A DNA stretch of 64,000 nucleotides from assembly GCF_009914755.1 (NCBI RefSeq), contig NC_060926.1; one strand, given 5' to 3'. This stretch comes from the human T2T-CHM13v2.0 reference genome, Homo sapiens. A program made the position numbers and the translations under genes. The notes beneath the pieces are model-generated. The model was not told where the DNA came from, searched no databases, and saw only the letters and a list, made by a program, of their open reading frames with translations. This document shows positions 28,493 through 42,081 of the stretch, piece by piece (the stretch's first letter is position 1; every line of letters starts with the position of its first letter).

Positions 28493-30199
28493 TGAACCTT
28501 ACTCTCCCTGCAAGAGCTTAGAGTCTGGCTGGGGTGATAAGATGCACATGTATGAAGCAGTAAGGACTATGATATAGCAGATACAGTTAGGAGCTGACTG
28601 TATGGTGCTGGTCACGGGAGGTCAGAGAAGGGAGCCTGTAACAAGGGCTGCAGGAGTCAGAGGAAGCTTTGGATAACAGGAAGAATGGGGGCAAGGCCTA
28701 ACAGATGGGTAAGGTTTGGATTGACTGAAAGAGAGGGAACATCCCAACCAGGAGTATTGACCTGGGTGCAAATATAGAAGCAAGAAAAAACATATTGCGT
28801 TCAAGGAACTATGGTGGGCGCGTGTTGAGTATGGGTGAGAGGAGAGGGAAGAGTCTGTTTCTTATAATCCAGGACCTCCATTGGTGGCCTCTCAGCCTCT
28901 CAATACAACTTTAGCGCATAGATTAACCGACCCTGTGAAACCCAAAGGTTAGTTTTTTCCTTCTAAAATGAGAGTCGGATATATAATATATGTGGACTCT
29001 GGCTTGATGAAGCCAATTTTATGGCAAACTTTGTTTTCCCACAAACATGGCCACACTGAAAGGCACAAGCTATGTCTGCAGGGGAAAAGGAAGACAAATT
29101 GGGAACATACTGGGTGCAAAGTTGGGGGCTTTGGTATTAAAACCTCCTTGGGCTCAGTTGCCATATCTGTCTTTGTGAAGAATGCACTATGTCATCTTTA
29201 AGTCACCATAATATTTGAGGATTAATGAAGCTGATTGCTGCCTGTTGATAGGGAGTTTTGAAATGAAGACAAGAATCCCAGAGTGAAGAGGAGCCTTAAA
29301 GCTTTGAGGGCAACTCCTTATTTCCTAATCCTCTTGTGTAGAAAGTTGTGGGTTCCTTGTCTGAATGTCTTTATGGAGTCCTGTCTTCTAATGCTGAATC
29401 ACTCTTTATTAAGAAGTGATTTTTTAAAAATGATTTTTAAATATCTATTTCAACTCTTTCTTATTTTAAAATCTAATCCAGATTTTTTTGTTCTCTAGGT
29501 AAGGCCATTCATGTGTTGATTTTTGTCTCAAATGGATTTTGATATAACTTTTTAAGACTGTATAAGTAATGCATAATTAAATTCTGATAAGACTTTTAAA
29601 AACTATATAAAGTAATGCATAATTAACTTAGAATAATTGGAAAATTCAGGAAAGCTAAAAATAAGAAAATAAGAATTACCCCCAATTCTATCACATTATG
29701 CAGAGAAAATTACTGTTATCAATCATTTTAATGATCTTACTGCCTGGTTGGTTGGCTCTATCTGTCTATCTATCTACATATACATACACATATTTGATTT
29801 TAGTAAAGTTATAGGATATTTTACATACTATTTTAAACTTACTTTTTTATTTAACATCATACATCATTCAAGACATCTTTTGATTTAAACATATTTGTTG
29901 AGCACCTACTATGTGCCAAGCACTGTTCAAGGTACCTGAGATTGTTCAGTGAACATGGAGTTTATATTACTTTCATGTCAATAAATACATATGAAGTATC
30001 ATTTGTTGGCATAGTGTACTCTAAAATAAAGTTTTAGCTGAATTTCACATTGGTAGATATTGCTGGATTCTTAAGATTTCCTACTCTTCTTCCCTCTTCT
30101 CTGTCTTTAGTTCATCACTCTCTTTTTTCCCCTATTAGAATATCAGCACATGTTTGAGTTTGGCTTCTCAATGAGACTTCTAGTTCCCACCCAAATCTC

Positions 30200-30525
30200 T
30201 GTTCAACCTCTTTTTTAGCAATAGAACTCCCATTTTATTTGAGATGTCACTGTGACCAGTTAAAAGACCCTATTTTCCATTCTCCCTTATAAGGTGAAAC
30301 TGTATTTTTTAATTCTAGCAAAATATTATGTGGGTCTTCCAGGAAGGCTGCATAAAAGAAAGCTAATTCCACAGGAAGGGGGGCCCTTTTGCCCTTCTGC
30401 CATTTCTCCTTCCTCAGTCATGCTTCCTAGAATATAGATGTGATGACTGGGACTCCAGCTGCCATCTTGAATCATGAGGTGACTTTGAGGATGGAAGCCA
30501 CAGTGTGAAGGAGCAAGTTCCTGCA
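30200..30525 (+). mobile_element. MLT1-family MaLR LTR fragment
   Basis: gatgtgatgactgggactccagctgccatcttgaatcatgagg motif. Confidence 0.6.
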
Positions 30526-31409
30526 TGAATGAGTCTGAGATTGGAATTTAAACCTTCAAATGTGGTGAGACCATCAACAGGCCTGACCTTCATTTGCTTC
30601 CATTTTTTCCTCTTATCTCCCAATCTCCCCTCTTCTCTCAGGTATTTGTACCTTGTGTTCTCATCATGGTTGACTTTCCTGTGGGATTTTTCCCTCCACT
30701 TGGTTCCTCTATATTCTTGCAATTGGGAGAGATGAAATGTCAATAACTTTTCCAATCCAAAACCAATAGGCTGTCAGAACCAAGAGCAAAAACAAAGCAA
30801 GGGAGGAAGGCTTAGGAGAAAGATGCTAGAGGGTTGCCATAGCTAGTATTTCATCATTTGAATGAGTCAGGACTCTATGAATATTGAACTGATCGTTTTA
30901 GAGAGTTAGAATATTTGTTTTAGCTAGGCAACTCTAAAAAGGGGATGAGACCCAGAGGAGGAAAGAATGGAAGGTGGCATTGGAAGTAGATAGATTATGG
31001 AAGCAATGATTTTTATAATGAAACATTCTCATTTATTAACTTGTCTGTGGATTGTGAAACATGCAAAGACGAGATTTGTTCATTAGACATTAATTAAAAC
31101 TGCAATGCTGAAAATGGATCACAGCATAGAACATGATGTTTGATGTAAATAAATGCGTAGGAAACTGGGGGTAACTGTTTTACTTGCTAATAGCCCAGAA
31201 ATGAGCATTGGTGAGTGGGGAAATTGGAGGAGGGGTGTGTAGTAGGAGATGATGTGTGGAGGAGTAGCATTGGTGCAGTTAGGTGTGGGGATGGGTTGGG
31301 GAGAAGAGTCTTGGGGATGCCTTTCCAGGTATTACATGGGTCAATAGGGCTTCTAGGGGGAGGAATGTTTCTTGTGAATAGAAGGTCTTCTTTATAGTTG
31401 AGCACATGA

Positions 31410-31744
<335 letters not shown>

Positions 31745-32966
31745 TTTTAAACCTGTACTCTGTGCCAGGCACTGTGCTATTAAGGATCCTAACTCATTTA
31801 AAATTGCCTATATATTAATGACTGGGTAGGAGGGAGGGTGGGAGTACCATTAGGGGCTGTTGGAATAGCAGATAAAGAAACTAAGGCCCTGAAGGGCAGT
31901 CAGAGGTACTCACTTAGTAGTGCATTTGCAGTCTCCATCAACCCAACAATCCCCTGGGCCGGCTGGCCTTGAAGTGGATGGTATTCTACCTCCTTATAGT
32001 ATTGGACCCTCCTGCATGCAAGTTCCTTGGGGCTCTTATTGAATATGCAGGCCTTTCTGTTCAGCATATTCAGCAACTCAGAGCCTCATAGTAGAACAAT
32101 TGGAGGAGAATTGTCAGATGGTGATGAGGGAGAATGAAAGGGGAGACAGAAGACAAAAGCTGGAAAAGAGAACAGCTTGAGAAAGGTTTCCTGGAAAGTT
32201 GAAATCTTTGCATGCATATTGAGCAGGAGCAAAAGTGCTAAATAAATGCATTCTCAGACATTGATTACAATCTGGGTGGGGTTGTCTCACTGTATGAGCC
32301 CTCATTATGTTATACTTAAAAAGCATAATATACTGTAACCTGAGGGTAATAAGCCAGCCAAAGCACTTGCAGGATTCACCCTGGGAGCTATAGCCACCCT
32401 TAGCATTCTTCATAAGCAGATTTTATCAGGAGAAAACCTCAGGTTGGGGTAGAGGAGGCCCCACTGAGTGAAAATGCCAGGATTCGAGTGACTCTCTCCC
32501 CTCTTCCCGGTTCTCTTAACAGAAGCTATATCACAAAGGGCCCCAGGCTCATTGGAAGGATCCCAGTTTGGTTTGCTCATTTCTTTCTCCATCAAGTATT
32601 ATGGAACACCAATTAAATACTAGATATGTGGCTAGATGCTGGATACAAGAGCCAAAATTGACTTGGTTTCTGCCTCATTCAGCTTCAGGATCAAAAGTTA
32701 CACAAGTCAATGAAAAATGACCATGGTGACAATGGCTGTGAAGAAAGACTATGTTGTTTCAGGAGATGCATATAGGGATATTTGACTTAGGCAGGGCTGA
32801 GACAGGTAGGCATTGACCAGGAAGAGGGTAAGTGAATGACAGAGGGCAGCTGTGCAGCTTGGAATGGCATGCCAAGGCTGTTGGCAGGAGGAGAGAACTA
32901 TGGAAGACCACTGTGAGGTCATTTGGGGCTGGGCAGAGGCCTGATCCTACAGGGCTTTGGAAGCCC

Positions 32967-33517
32967 TGTTACTGGAAAGGGGTCCCAGTCCAGACCCCAG
33001 GAGAAGGTTCTTGGATCTCGCGCAAGAAAGAATTCAGGGCGAGTTCATAGACTAAAGCAAAAGTAAGTTTATTAAGAAAGTAAAGGAATAAAGAATGGCT
33101 ACTCCATAGACAGAGCAGCCCCGGGGGCTGCTGGTTGCCCATTTTTATGGTTATTTCTTGATTGTATGCTAAACAAGGGGTGAATTATTCATGCCTTCCC
33201 TTGTAGACCTTATAGGGTAACTTCCTGATGTTGCCATGGCATTTGTAAACTGTCAGGGCGTTGGTAGGAATGTAGCAGTGAGGATGACCAGAGGTCACTG
33301 TTGTCGCCATCTTGGTTTTGGTGGGTTTTAGCCAGCTTCTTTACTGCAAGCTGTTTTACCAGCAAGGTCTTTATGACCTGTATCTTGTGCCGATCTCCTG
33401 TCTCAACTTGTGACTTAGAATGCCTAACTGTCTGGGAATGTAGCCCACTAGGATTCAGCCTCATTTTATGCAGCTCCTATTCAAGATGGAGTTGCTCTGG
33501 TTCCAACACCTCTGACA
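32967..33517 (-). mobile_element. MER41A-type ERV1 solo LTR
   Basis: Minus strand starts TGTCAGAGGTGTTGGAACCAGAGCAACTCCATCTTGAATAGG; 551 bp; 4-bp TSD GCCC. Confidence 0.85.
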
Positions 33518-33694
33518 GCCCCATAAGAATTCCTAAGAAAAAGGGGAAGCCATGGTGTTCTAAGCAGAGGGTGATGGACTCACCAGCTACTTCTGCCTCA
33601 CCCAAGGTCTCATTGTGCATCAGGAGAAGGCTGTTCAGAGCCTTGACTCCCTCTCTCTTGCACTTGCCCCATCTGGGGATACCCAACTGCTGTT

Positions 33695-34212
33695 TGTCAT
33701 GCGCATCTGTGTGAAGAGACCGCCAAACAGGCTTTGTGTGAGCAATAAAGCTTTTTAATCACCTGGGTGCAGGCAGGCTGAGTCTGAAAAGAGAGTCAGC
33801 AAAAGGTGGTGGGATTGTCATTAGTTCTTACAGGTTTGGGATAGGTGGTGGAGTTGGGAGCAATGTTTTGTGGGCAGGGGGTGGATCTTACAAAGTGCAT
33901 TCTTAAGAGTCGGGAGAATATTACAAAGTACCTTCTTAAGGGCGGGGAAATATCACAAAGCACATTATCACAAGGGCCGGGGAGAATATTACAAAGCACC
34001 TTCTCAAGGGTGGGGAGGGTGTATTGTCAAAAAGTCAATTGATCAGTTACGGTGGGACAGGAACAAATCACAATGGTGGAATGTCATCAGTTAAGGCAGG
34101 AACTGGCTATTTTCACTTCTTTTGTGGATCTTCAGTTGCTTCAGGCCATCTGCATGTATACGTGCAGGTCACAGGGTATGTGATGGCTTAGCTTGGGCTC
34201 AGAGGCCTGACA
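33695..34212 (-). mobile_element. HERV-H 3' LTR (LTR7 family)
   Basis: Minus strand TGTCAGGCCTCTGAGCCCAAGC...ATGACA; ATTAAA poly(A) signal at 33754-33759; 518 bp. Confidence 0.95.
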
Positions 34213-34373
34213 TTCCTGTCTTCTTATATTAATAAGAAAAACAAAACAAAATAGTGGTGAAGTGTTGGGGCGGCAAAAATTTTGGGGGGTGCTATGGAGA
34301 TATAATGGGCGATGTTTCTCAGGGCTGCTTCAAGCGGGATTAGGGGTGGCGTGGGAACCTAGAGTGGGAGAGA

Positions 34374-36140
34374 TTAAACTGAAGAAAGATTTTGGGATAA
34401 GGGGTGATATTGTAGGGTTGTTAGAAGGAGTATTTGTTGTATAGAATGGTTGGTGATGGCCTGGATGCGGTTTTGTATGAATTGAGAAACTAAATGGAAC
34501 ACACAAGGTCCAAATAAAAGATGAAGAAAAATAGGTATTAAAGGGCTAAGAAGTGGGAGTACCCAGGACATCCAATTAGAGAGTGTCCAAGGGGGTTCAG
34601 CATAATTATTTGCTTGGTTGGTGAGTTTTTGGGCTCTATCCTTGAGTTTTTTTATGTTGTCATGTACCAGGCCAGATTGATTTAGGTAAAAACAACACTC
34701 TTCATTTAAAAATATACAGAGTCCTCCTTTTTCAGCAGTGAGTAAATCAAGGCCTTGGCAGTTCCGGAGGACAACTGCAGCTAAAGAGTCAACCTGGGCT
34801 TGGAGGACAGATAAAGTTTGTGATATATCTGTAACGCTAGCAGAAAAGTCATTAGAGAGGCTGCGGAATGTTGTGACAGAGGTGGATATGCCTGCTATTC
34901 CAGTTCCAAGAGCAATAGTAGAGGCAGAAAGTCCTAGGCCTACAAGTGTAGGGATTAGTGGGATGACTCTTTTTTGTTGTGTTGGTGTCATGAGAGGGAC
35001 AAGCAGTTGTTCATTCCCATCTGCAAACTGGATTTTGGGGGTAAGGAAGACTAGAGTACATGTGCCCATCCATTTGGCAGGTAGGCACATGTAGGTGGAA
35101 GAGCCACATAAAAAGAAGAGACCTTGTGTCAGGCAGAACTGGAAATGTAAAGTGAAAAAGTGAGACGGTGTACTCAAAGAGGAGTCCTGCACCTGAAATC
35201 TTAGAGATCCAGCAAGGGCAGCAGCCATTAGAGGTTATAATGGGGATTGATGGTGCAACTGCATAGAGGGAGAGGTTTGGTTTTCGTGGTATATGAGAAA
35301 GTGCATAGTGTCTATGACTAACCTTTCACTGCTATTCATGGGGCTTGGTATAAGCAAGCAAGAGGAGGGCCTAGGAGGAGATTCAGACAAGCAGGGGGAG
35401 GGTAGCCAAGGATGGAGTGAGATGCAGGGTAGGTGTCTTCCTTAACAATAGTGACTGCCAATGTTTTTTAGTTTGTTAATAATGATAGAGGGCTTATCAG
35501 TAATGTGAAGTTGGAACGCTCCCATCTCTTTGATAATGTGTGTGGCTGGGTTCTGGAGATAAAGAGTAAAGGAACGTTTGGACGGTGGAAGGTTGCCTAA
35601 AGGGATTCCAGTAGGCTGTTGTCGGGAGATGCATAAAGGAGCGGCAACAGGGATAGTTGTTTGTGTGGTTAGAGGTCCAAATATGGCGGGGTGGAGGGGG
35701 GTGGAATTGACATAAGGAGAAAGGTGCCGTAAATAGACGTGGAGAAGTGTGGCAGCTTGTTGGTGCAAAATATCTGGGGAGTTCTCACCAAATCTGTCTA
35801 GAAAGTAAAGAAGTTCCTCAGATGGGTAAAGATGAGGGCTATTAAAGGAGGTTCGGAGGTATAGGGAGACAGGAGAGTAGCCCAGTCAGCCTGTAGAGCA
35901 GGGATGGCTGTGTAAGAGTGGGAAGAAAGGGAAATGCATGGCCAACAATTATTTGCTAGAGAAGGATTGGAGGCAGTGAGGAGAGAGTGGGTGAGATTGA
36001 TAGTGTGCTGGAGGTAACTAGGGAGAGGTAGAGAGTGACTGGAGAATGGGGGCAAGGATAAGAGTGAGTAGAAAAGTAAAAAAAAAGAAAGACCTTCATC
36101 AGGATAGAAGAATTGGAGTGTACCTTGCCACTGAAGATCT
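34374..36140 (-). pseudogene. HERV-H env, disrupted in SU; C-terminal 284-codon ORF (34374-35228) open
   Basis: SU CWPC (CXXC), QQKR cleavage-site remnant, fusion peptide, ISD-like LRNCQGLDLLTAEKGGL, CX6CC (CIFLNEECC), TM anchor; stops at 35442-35444 and 35235-35237 plus upstream frameshift(s). Confidence 0.92.
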
Positions 36141-39100
36141 TCTATCCACTTCAAGAGAGACTTAGGGGTGGCGGTTTGAGGTAAAACCAGGAGATATCAG
36201 TTATGATGGTTTGGAGGAAAAGTGTGGTATTTACGATTAGTTGAGAATGGTGAATAGGAGTGTGACTAGACAGAAGATAGTAGGGATGACAAGTTTTTGG
36301 GGTGCAGTCCAAGTAGTGGGAGTGACTGTGTAAAGCCCTGTTGCAAAAAGTAGGGTAAGGATGAATAGACCTAATAGAATGAAGGGATGTATTAGGCTCA
36401 TAAGGGTTATTACTGCTCTTCAGAAATGCGAGTGAGTTTAAGGGAAGTAGGGGAGAGTACTTGCAATTTCCAGGGGGAAGAGGAGAGATCAGGCTGGCTG
36501 TCTGATGGGCACAGCTTTATTCTGGAATGGTGAACCCAATGGGGAGGGTCCTGCAGGAGGACGGCAGTTGTGGTACTATAGATGACTAAGTAGGGTCCGG
36601 TCCATCGAGGTTGTAGAGTTTGAGGGGTCAGATTCTTAACAAGAACTGATCATCCAGCTAGGGTGTCTTCATATGGCTGGGAATCTGGAGTAGGCAAGAG
36701 AAGATTAGCAGCCTGGTGAATTTCCTGTCTAGCCTGATGGAGGACTGGAAGATAGTCGCACAGAAGGCTGGTGTCTGGGATGAAGTTGGGGCCGAGCAAG
36801 AAAGTGCGTCCGTATAAAAGTTCAAATGGACTATACCCTGTAGCATCTCAAGGACAAGCTCTAATTCTGAGAAGGGCAAGAGGTAAAAGTACTGCCCAGT
36901 CCTTTTTAAATTGGAGGCTGAGCTTGGTGAGGTGTGTCTTTAAAAGACCGTTAGTCCATTCTACCTTTCCTGAAGATTGAGGACAGTAAGGGGTATGAAG
37001 ATTCCACTGAATACCAAGAGCCTGAGAAACTGCTTGGGTGATTTGACTAATAAAGGCCTGTCCGTTATTGGACTGTATAGAGGTGGGAAGTCCAAACCAA
37101 GGAATTATGTCTTACAGAAGGGAAGAAATTACCATGGTGGCCTTCTCAGACCCTGTGGGAAAGACCTCTACCCATCCAGTGAAAGTGTCTACCCAGACCA
37201 AGAGGTATTTTAGTTTCCTGACTCGGGGCATGTGAGTAAAGTCAATTTGCCAGTCCTGGGCAGGGGCAAATCCCCAAGCTTGATGTGTAGGGAAGCAGGT
37301 GGGGGTGGCGGGGAGGGGAGCCTGAACAATCCCTGAGGAGTAGTAGAATAGCAGATGGAACACTGAGAAGTGATTTCCTTGAGGATAGATTTCCATGAAA
37401 GAAAGGAAATGAGATATTCTAAGAGGTGGGCTAGCGGCTTGTAACCTACATGGAAGAGGTTATGAAATGACGGCAGAATAGAATGGGCCTTTGAGGCTGG
37501 AAGGAGATATTTTCCTTGGTCCAAGAACCATTTGCCTTGTGTGAGAAGAGATGGATAGATGGAGGTTTTAGTGGGAGAGTAGGTGGGAGTTACCAATGAG
37601 AAGGAGAAAAACTGGCCATGAGGGACAGAAGTTGTAATGCTCGCTGCTTCTTTAGCTACCTTATCAGCATAAGCGTTGCCCTGAGTGATGGGATCTGATG
37701 CCTTTTGATGGCCCTTGCAGTGAATGACTCCAGCTTCCTTTGGAAGTAAAGCGGCCTTGAGAAGAGTTTTTATTAAAGTGGCATTAATGATGGAGGACCC
37801 TTGCGTAGGGAGGAAACCTCTTTCAGCCCATATAACAGCATGGTGGTGCAGGATACGGAAGGCATATTTAGAGTCAGTATAAATATTGATGCGTAGTCCC
37901 TTTGCAAGAGTGAGGGCCCGAGTTAAGGCAATGAGTTTGGCTTGCTGAGAGGTAGTGGAGGGGGGCAGAGTGGCAGCTTCAATGATAGATGGAAGGTACT
38001 ATAGCATAGCCTGCCTTTGCTGGTTAGTGGCGATTAGGCCTGGTAAAACTGCTGTCAATAAACCAAGTGTGATCAGGGTGAGGAACAAGAAAGAAGGAAA
38101 TATGGGGAAATGGAGTGAATGGCAGGTGGATCAGAGAGATACAGTCATGGGGGTCAGATGTGGTATCCGGAATAATGTGGGAGGCCGGATTGAAGTCCAG
38201 GCCAGGAACAATGGTAATTGTGGGAGACTCAACAAAGAGTGAGTATAGCTGAAGGAGCCAGGGAGCAGAAACTATACATGTCAGGTGTGAGGAAGAAAAT
38301 AGATTTTGGAAGTTATGAGAACTGTAGAGAGTGAGTTGAGCATAGTTTGTGATTTTGAGGGCCTCTAAAAGTATTAGGGTGGCGGCAGCTACTGCATGGA
38401 GACATGATGGCCAGCCTAAAACAGTAGGGTCAAGTTGTTTGGATGAAAGGCTACAGGGCATGGTCCCAGTCCTTGTGTAAGAATCCCGACTGCACAGCCC
38501 TGCACTTCTGCTGTGTGTAATGAAAAGGGTTGGGATGAGTCAGGGAGAGCTAGTGTGGGGGCAGTATTTAAAGCTGTCTTCAAGGAACGGAAAGAGGAGT
38601 GGGAAAAGGATTTAGGATCTATGGGGTCCCTTTGTGAGTTTATATAATGGTTTCCCTTTGTGAGTTTATATAATGGTTTTGTTAGGATGGCAAAACCAGG
38701 TATCCAAAGGTGAAAGTATCCAACCATGCCCAGGAAGGAAAGGAGTTGTTTTTTTATAGAAGGGTTTGGGGTTTGAGAGATCAGCCAGACATGACCGGCA
38801 GGGAGAGCATGTGTGTTTTCATGAAGAATTATGCCGAGGTAGGTAATGGATGGAGAAGAAATTTGAGCTTTGGAGGGGGATACCTAATATCCCTTGGAGA
38901 ATAAATATTAAAGGAGCAGGAGGGTGTCTTGTTGAGAAGATTCAAAGGAGGGGCTACAAAGTAGAAGGTCATCAACATATTGAATAAGGTGAGAAGTGGA
39001 GGCGTGGAAAGAAAGTAAGTCATGAGAAAGAGCTTGGCTAAAGTAATGAGGGCTGTCACTGAAGCCTTGTGGCGGCAGTACAGCCCAGGTAAGCTGCTGG

Positions 39101-39958
39101 GACTGATGGGTGTCAGGGTCAGTCCAGGTAAAAGCAAAGAGAGGCTGGGATGAGGGGTGCAGGGGAATAGTGAAAAAAGCGTCTTTAACATCAAGAACGG
39201 AATAGTGAGTTGTGGAGGAAGGTATTGAGGACAAAAGAATGTATGGGTTGGGCACCACAAGGTGGATAGGCAAAACAATTTGGTTGATAAGGCACAGATC
39301 CTGAACTAACCCGTAAGACTTGTCCGGTTTTTGGACAGGTAAAATGGGGGAATTGTAAGGAGAGTTTATAGGCTTTAGAAGCCCATGCTGTAGCAGGCAA
39401 GTGATAACAGGCTTCAGTCCCCTTAAAGCCTGTTGTGGGATGGAATACTGGCGTTAAAGCAGGGTAAGGGTGATTAGGTTTTAATGGGATAATAATGGGT
39501 GTGTGATTGGTTGCCAGGGAGGGAGTAGAGGTGTCCCATACTTGTGGGTTAAGGTGGGGGGATACAAGAGAAAGACACAAAGGAAGCTTTGGGTTGGGGA
39601 GAAGGGCAGCAATGAGATGTGGTTGTAGTCCAGGGATAGTCAGGGAGCAGATAATTTTGTTAAAATGTCTCAACCTAATAAGGGAACTGGGCAGGTGGGG
39701 ATAACTAAAAAGGAGTGCATAAAAGAATGTTGTCCAAGTTGGCACCAAAGTTTGGGAGTTTTAAGAGGTTTAGAAGCCTGGCCGTCAATAGCCACAACAG
39801 TTAAGGGGGCAAGGGAAACAGGCCCTTGAAAAGAAGGTAATGTGGAGTGGGTAGCCCCCGTATCAGTTAAAAAGGGGATGGACTTACCCTCCACTGTGAG
39901 TTACCTGAAGCTCGGCGTCTATGATGGTCCAGGGGGCCTCTGAGGCAATCAGGCAGCA
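36130..39958 (-). pseudogene. HERV-H pro-pol (protease, RT, RNase H, integrase), disrupted
   Basis: FLTDTGAT (protease); LDVKDAFF, LPPQGFSDSP and QYVDDLLL (RT); DWQIDFTHMP...WVDTFTGWVE (integrase); multiple frameshifts and stops. Confidence 0.93.
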
Positions 39959-41574
39959 TCAGTCTTCAGCCGCTAAGCTGAGCAGATCTGGGAAGGACTC
40001 AGTCAGAGAGCCTTGGGCCAGAGCTCTAGAGGCTCTGGGAGTGGCTGCCAGGTGAGTTGGACAGTCCAATTTCCAGTGGGGTCCTGCACAGATGGGACAC
40101 AGCTTAGGAGGAATCCCAGGCTGTGGGCATTCCTTGCACCAGTGACCAGATTTCTGGCACTTGAAGCAACATCCTGGGGGAGGAGGCCCTGGAGGAATGC
40201 CTGGCCACTGCAATTTAGGCGTTTTGAAGTTCTTGTGTGGTGGAGATGTGGCTGGGGTTTCTCTCACAGTGAAGGCAAGTAATTGCAATTCAGAAATATG
40301 TTGCTGCTTGGCTGCCTCTTCTCTATTATTGTACACCTTGAAGGCAAGGTTAATTAAGTCCTGTTGTGGGGTTTGAGGGCCGGAGCCTAGCTTTTGGAGT
40401 TTCTTTCTAGTGTCAGGAGCAGATTGAGTGATAAAATGCATATCGAGAATAAGACGGCCTTCTAGCCCTGCTGGGTCCAAGGCTGTAAAGCATCTCAGGG
40501 TTGCTGCTAAACAAACCATGAGCTGGGCTGGGTTTTCATCCTTTCCTTGGGTAGTTTCTTTAAGTTTGTCATAATTAACAGATTTGTATGCTGCCTTTTT
40601 AAGCCCTTCAACTAGGCAAGCAGTCATATAATCTCACCTAGCTATACCTGGGGGAATCTGCCTGATAGTTCCATTGGGGATCTTCTCGGGGAACTGCTCT
40701 AATGCCTTCCTGGAGGCCTGGCTCATGAAGCCGGTGGTTGTCAGTGTGAGATTGGGCTAGAGAAGAAACTCTTTCCTGTTCATCTGGGGAGAGAGTAGAA
40801 GTTAGGATGACATTTAAATCACTCCAGGTTAAATTGTAGGACAGAGTTAGATATTGGAATTCCTGTATATATTTAGCGGGATCTGATGAGAAAGAGCCTA
40901 AATGCTGGCTGATTTCAGAAAGCATTCAGAGAAAAAGGCACATGTACCCTGACTATGCCTTCAGCTCCAGCCACCTCTCTAAGAGGAAATTTTTGGGCAG
41001 GTGGGGAAGAGCTAGTCATGGAACGAAACTGTAAGCCAGACCAGGTGTGAGGAGGAGAGGTGATAGAAGGGTTGTAGAGTGGGGGAGCAGAGGCTGAAGA
41101 AGAGTTGGAACCTGATTCAGCCTGGCAGGGAGCAACCTGAGGAGGAGCAGTCTGGGGAGGAGGTGACAGGTCAGATGGGTCGGTAGAAAAGGAAGATTCA
41201 GAAGACTCAGCGATGCTTGGGGTTGGTACTGAAGGGACAGGTGGGAGGGAAAGAAGGAGGATTTGGGATGAGTTGCATTGGGAACAGAGACTAGGGAGGG
41301 AACAAAGTGTGAAAAATGCCTGGACATAAGGCACCTCAGACCACTTGTCCATTTTTTGACCAAAATTATCTAGGTCTTGTAGGATGGAGAAATCAAAAAT
41401 GCCATTTTCTGGCCATTTAGAGCCATTATCAAGTTTGTGCTGGGGCCAAGTGGTATTGCAGAAGAAAATAATATGCTTAGGTTTTAGGTCAGACGAGAGT
41501 TGAAGAGGTTTTAAATTCTTGAGAACACAGGCTAAGGGAGAAGAAGGAGGAATGTAGGGTGGAAGGTTGCCCAT
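39959..41574 (-). pseudogene. HERV-H gag, frameshifted
   Basis: MGNLP myristoylation-type start, PPLY late domain, QGKDENPAQ MHR remnant, zinc knuckles CFKCQKSGHWCKEC and CPICAGPHWKLDC, TGA after AED. Confidence 0.92.
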
Positions 41575-41625
41575 AGTGAGGGAGGCAAGCCCAGAGAAAA
41601 GAGAGGATAGAGACACAGAGAGGGG

Positions 41626-41691
41626 GGTGGTACTTGCCACCCAGGGGAGGTGGTGCTTGCTACCCCAGGGAGGTGGTACTTGCCACCAAGG
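41626..41691. repeat. Three-copy ~23-bp tandem repeat in HERV-H leader
   Basis: ggtggtacttgccacccagggga / ggtggtgcttgctaccccaggga / ggtggtacttgccaccaagg. Confidence 0.85.
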
Positions 41692-41952
41692 TGAAGGATC
41701 AAGGCAGGCGTCCCCGTGGTGATCAGACACCTCTGAAATGTGGGTGAATAATCAGGCAGGCATCCGCACAGTGATTAAACACCGAGGTAAGACTGTTTTC
41801 CTGAGTCCGTGACCAGCACCAGAGTTTTGGGTTCATGGATAAAGCACGTCTCCTCTGTCTCTACCAGAAAAAGAAAGGAACCAAAATTAAGGAAGAAAGA
41901 GATTGAAGGGTGGAAGGATGGTGAGAGAGATTGGAGAAGAGAATGAAAAGAC

Positions 41953-41962
41953 CGCTTACCCG
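41953..41962 (-). promoter_or_regulatory. HERV-H major splice donor
   Basis: Minus strand AAATCGG|GTAAGCG about 140 nt after the 5' LTR. Confidence 0.75.
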
Positions 41963-42081
41963 ATTTGAAATTGGTGAGATGTTCCTTGGGCTGGCTGGTC
42001 TGAGGACCCGAGGTCATAGGTGGATCTTCTCACAGAGTGAGGGCGAGGACAGGGTACTGGTCTCCCGAAGGAGTCCTCCTG

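Noticed and set aside
33888-34012. Regularly spaced ~33-bp repeats resembling a CRISPR array (also ~42296-42460)
   Set aside because: These are U3 tandem repeats of the HERV-H LTR, with no unique spacers, no cas genes, and a eukaryotic context.
36130-41574. Replication-competent or protein-coding gag/pol
   Set aside because: Multiple frameshifts and stops split gag, pro and pol into fragments.
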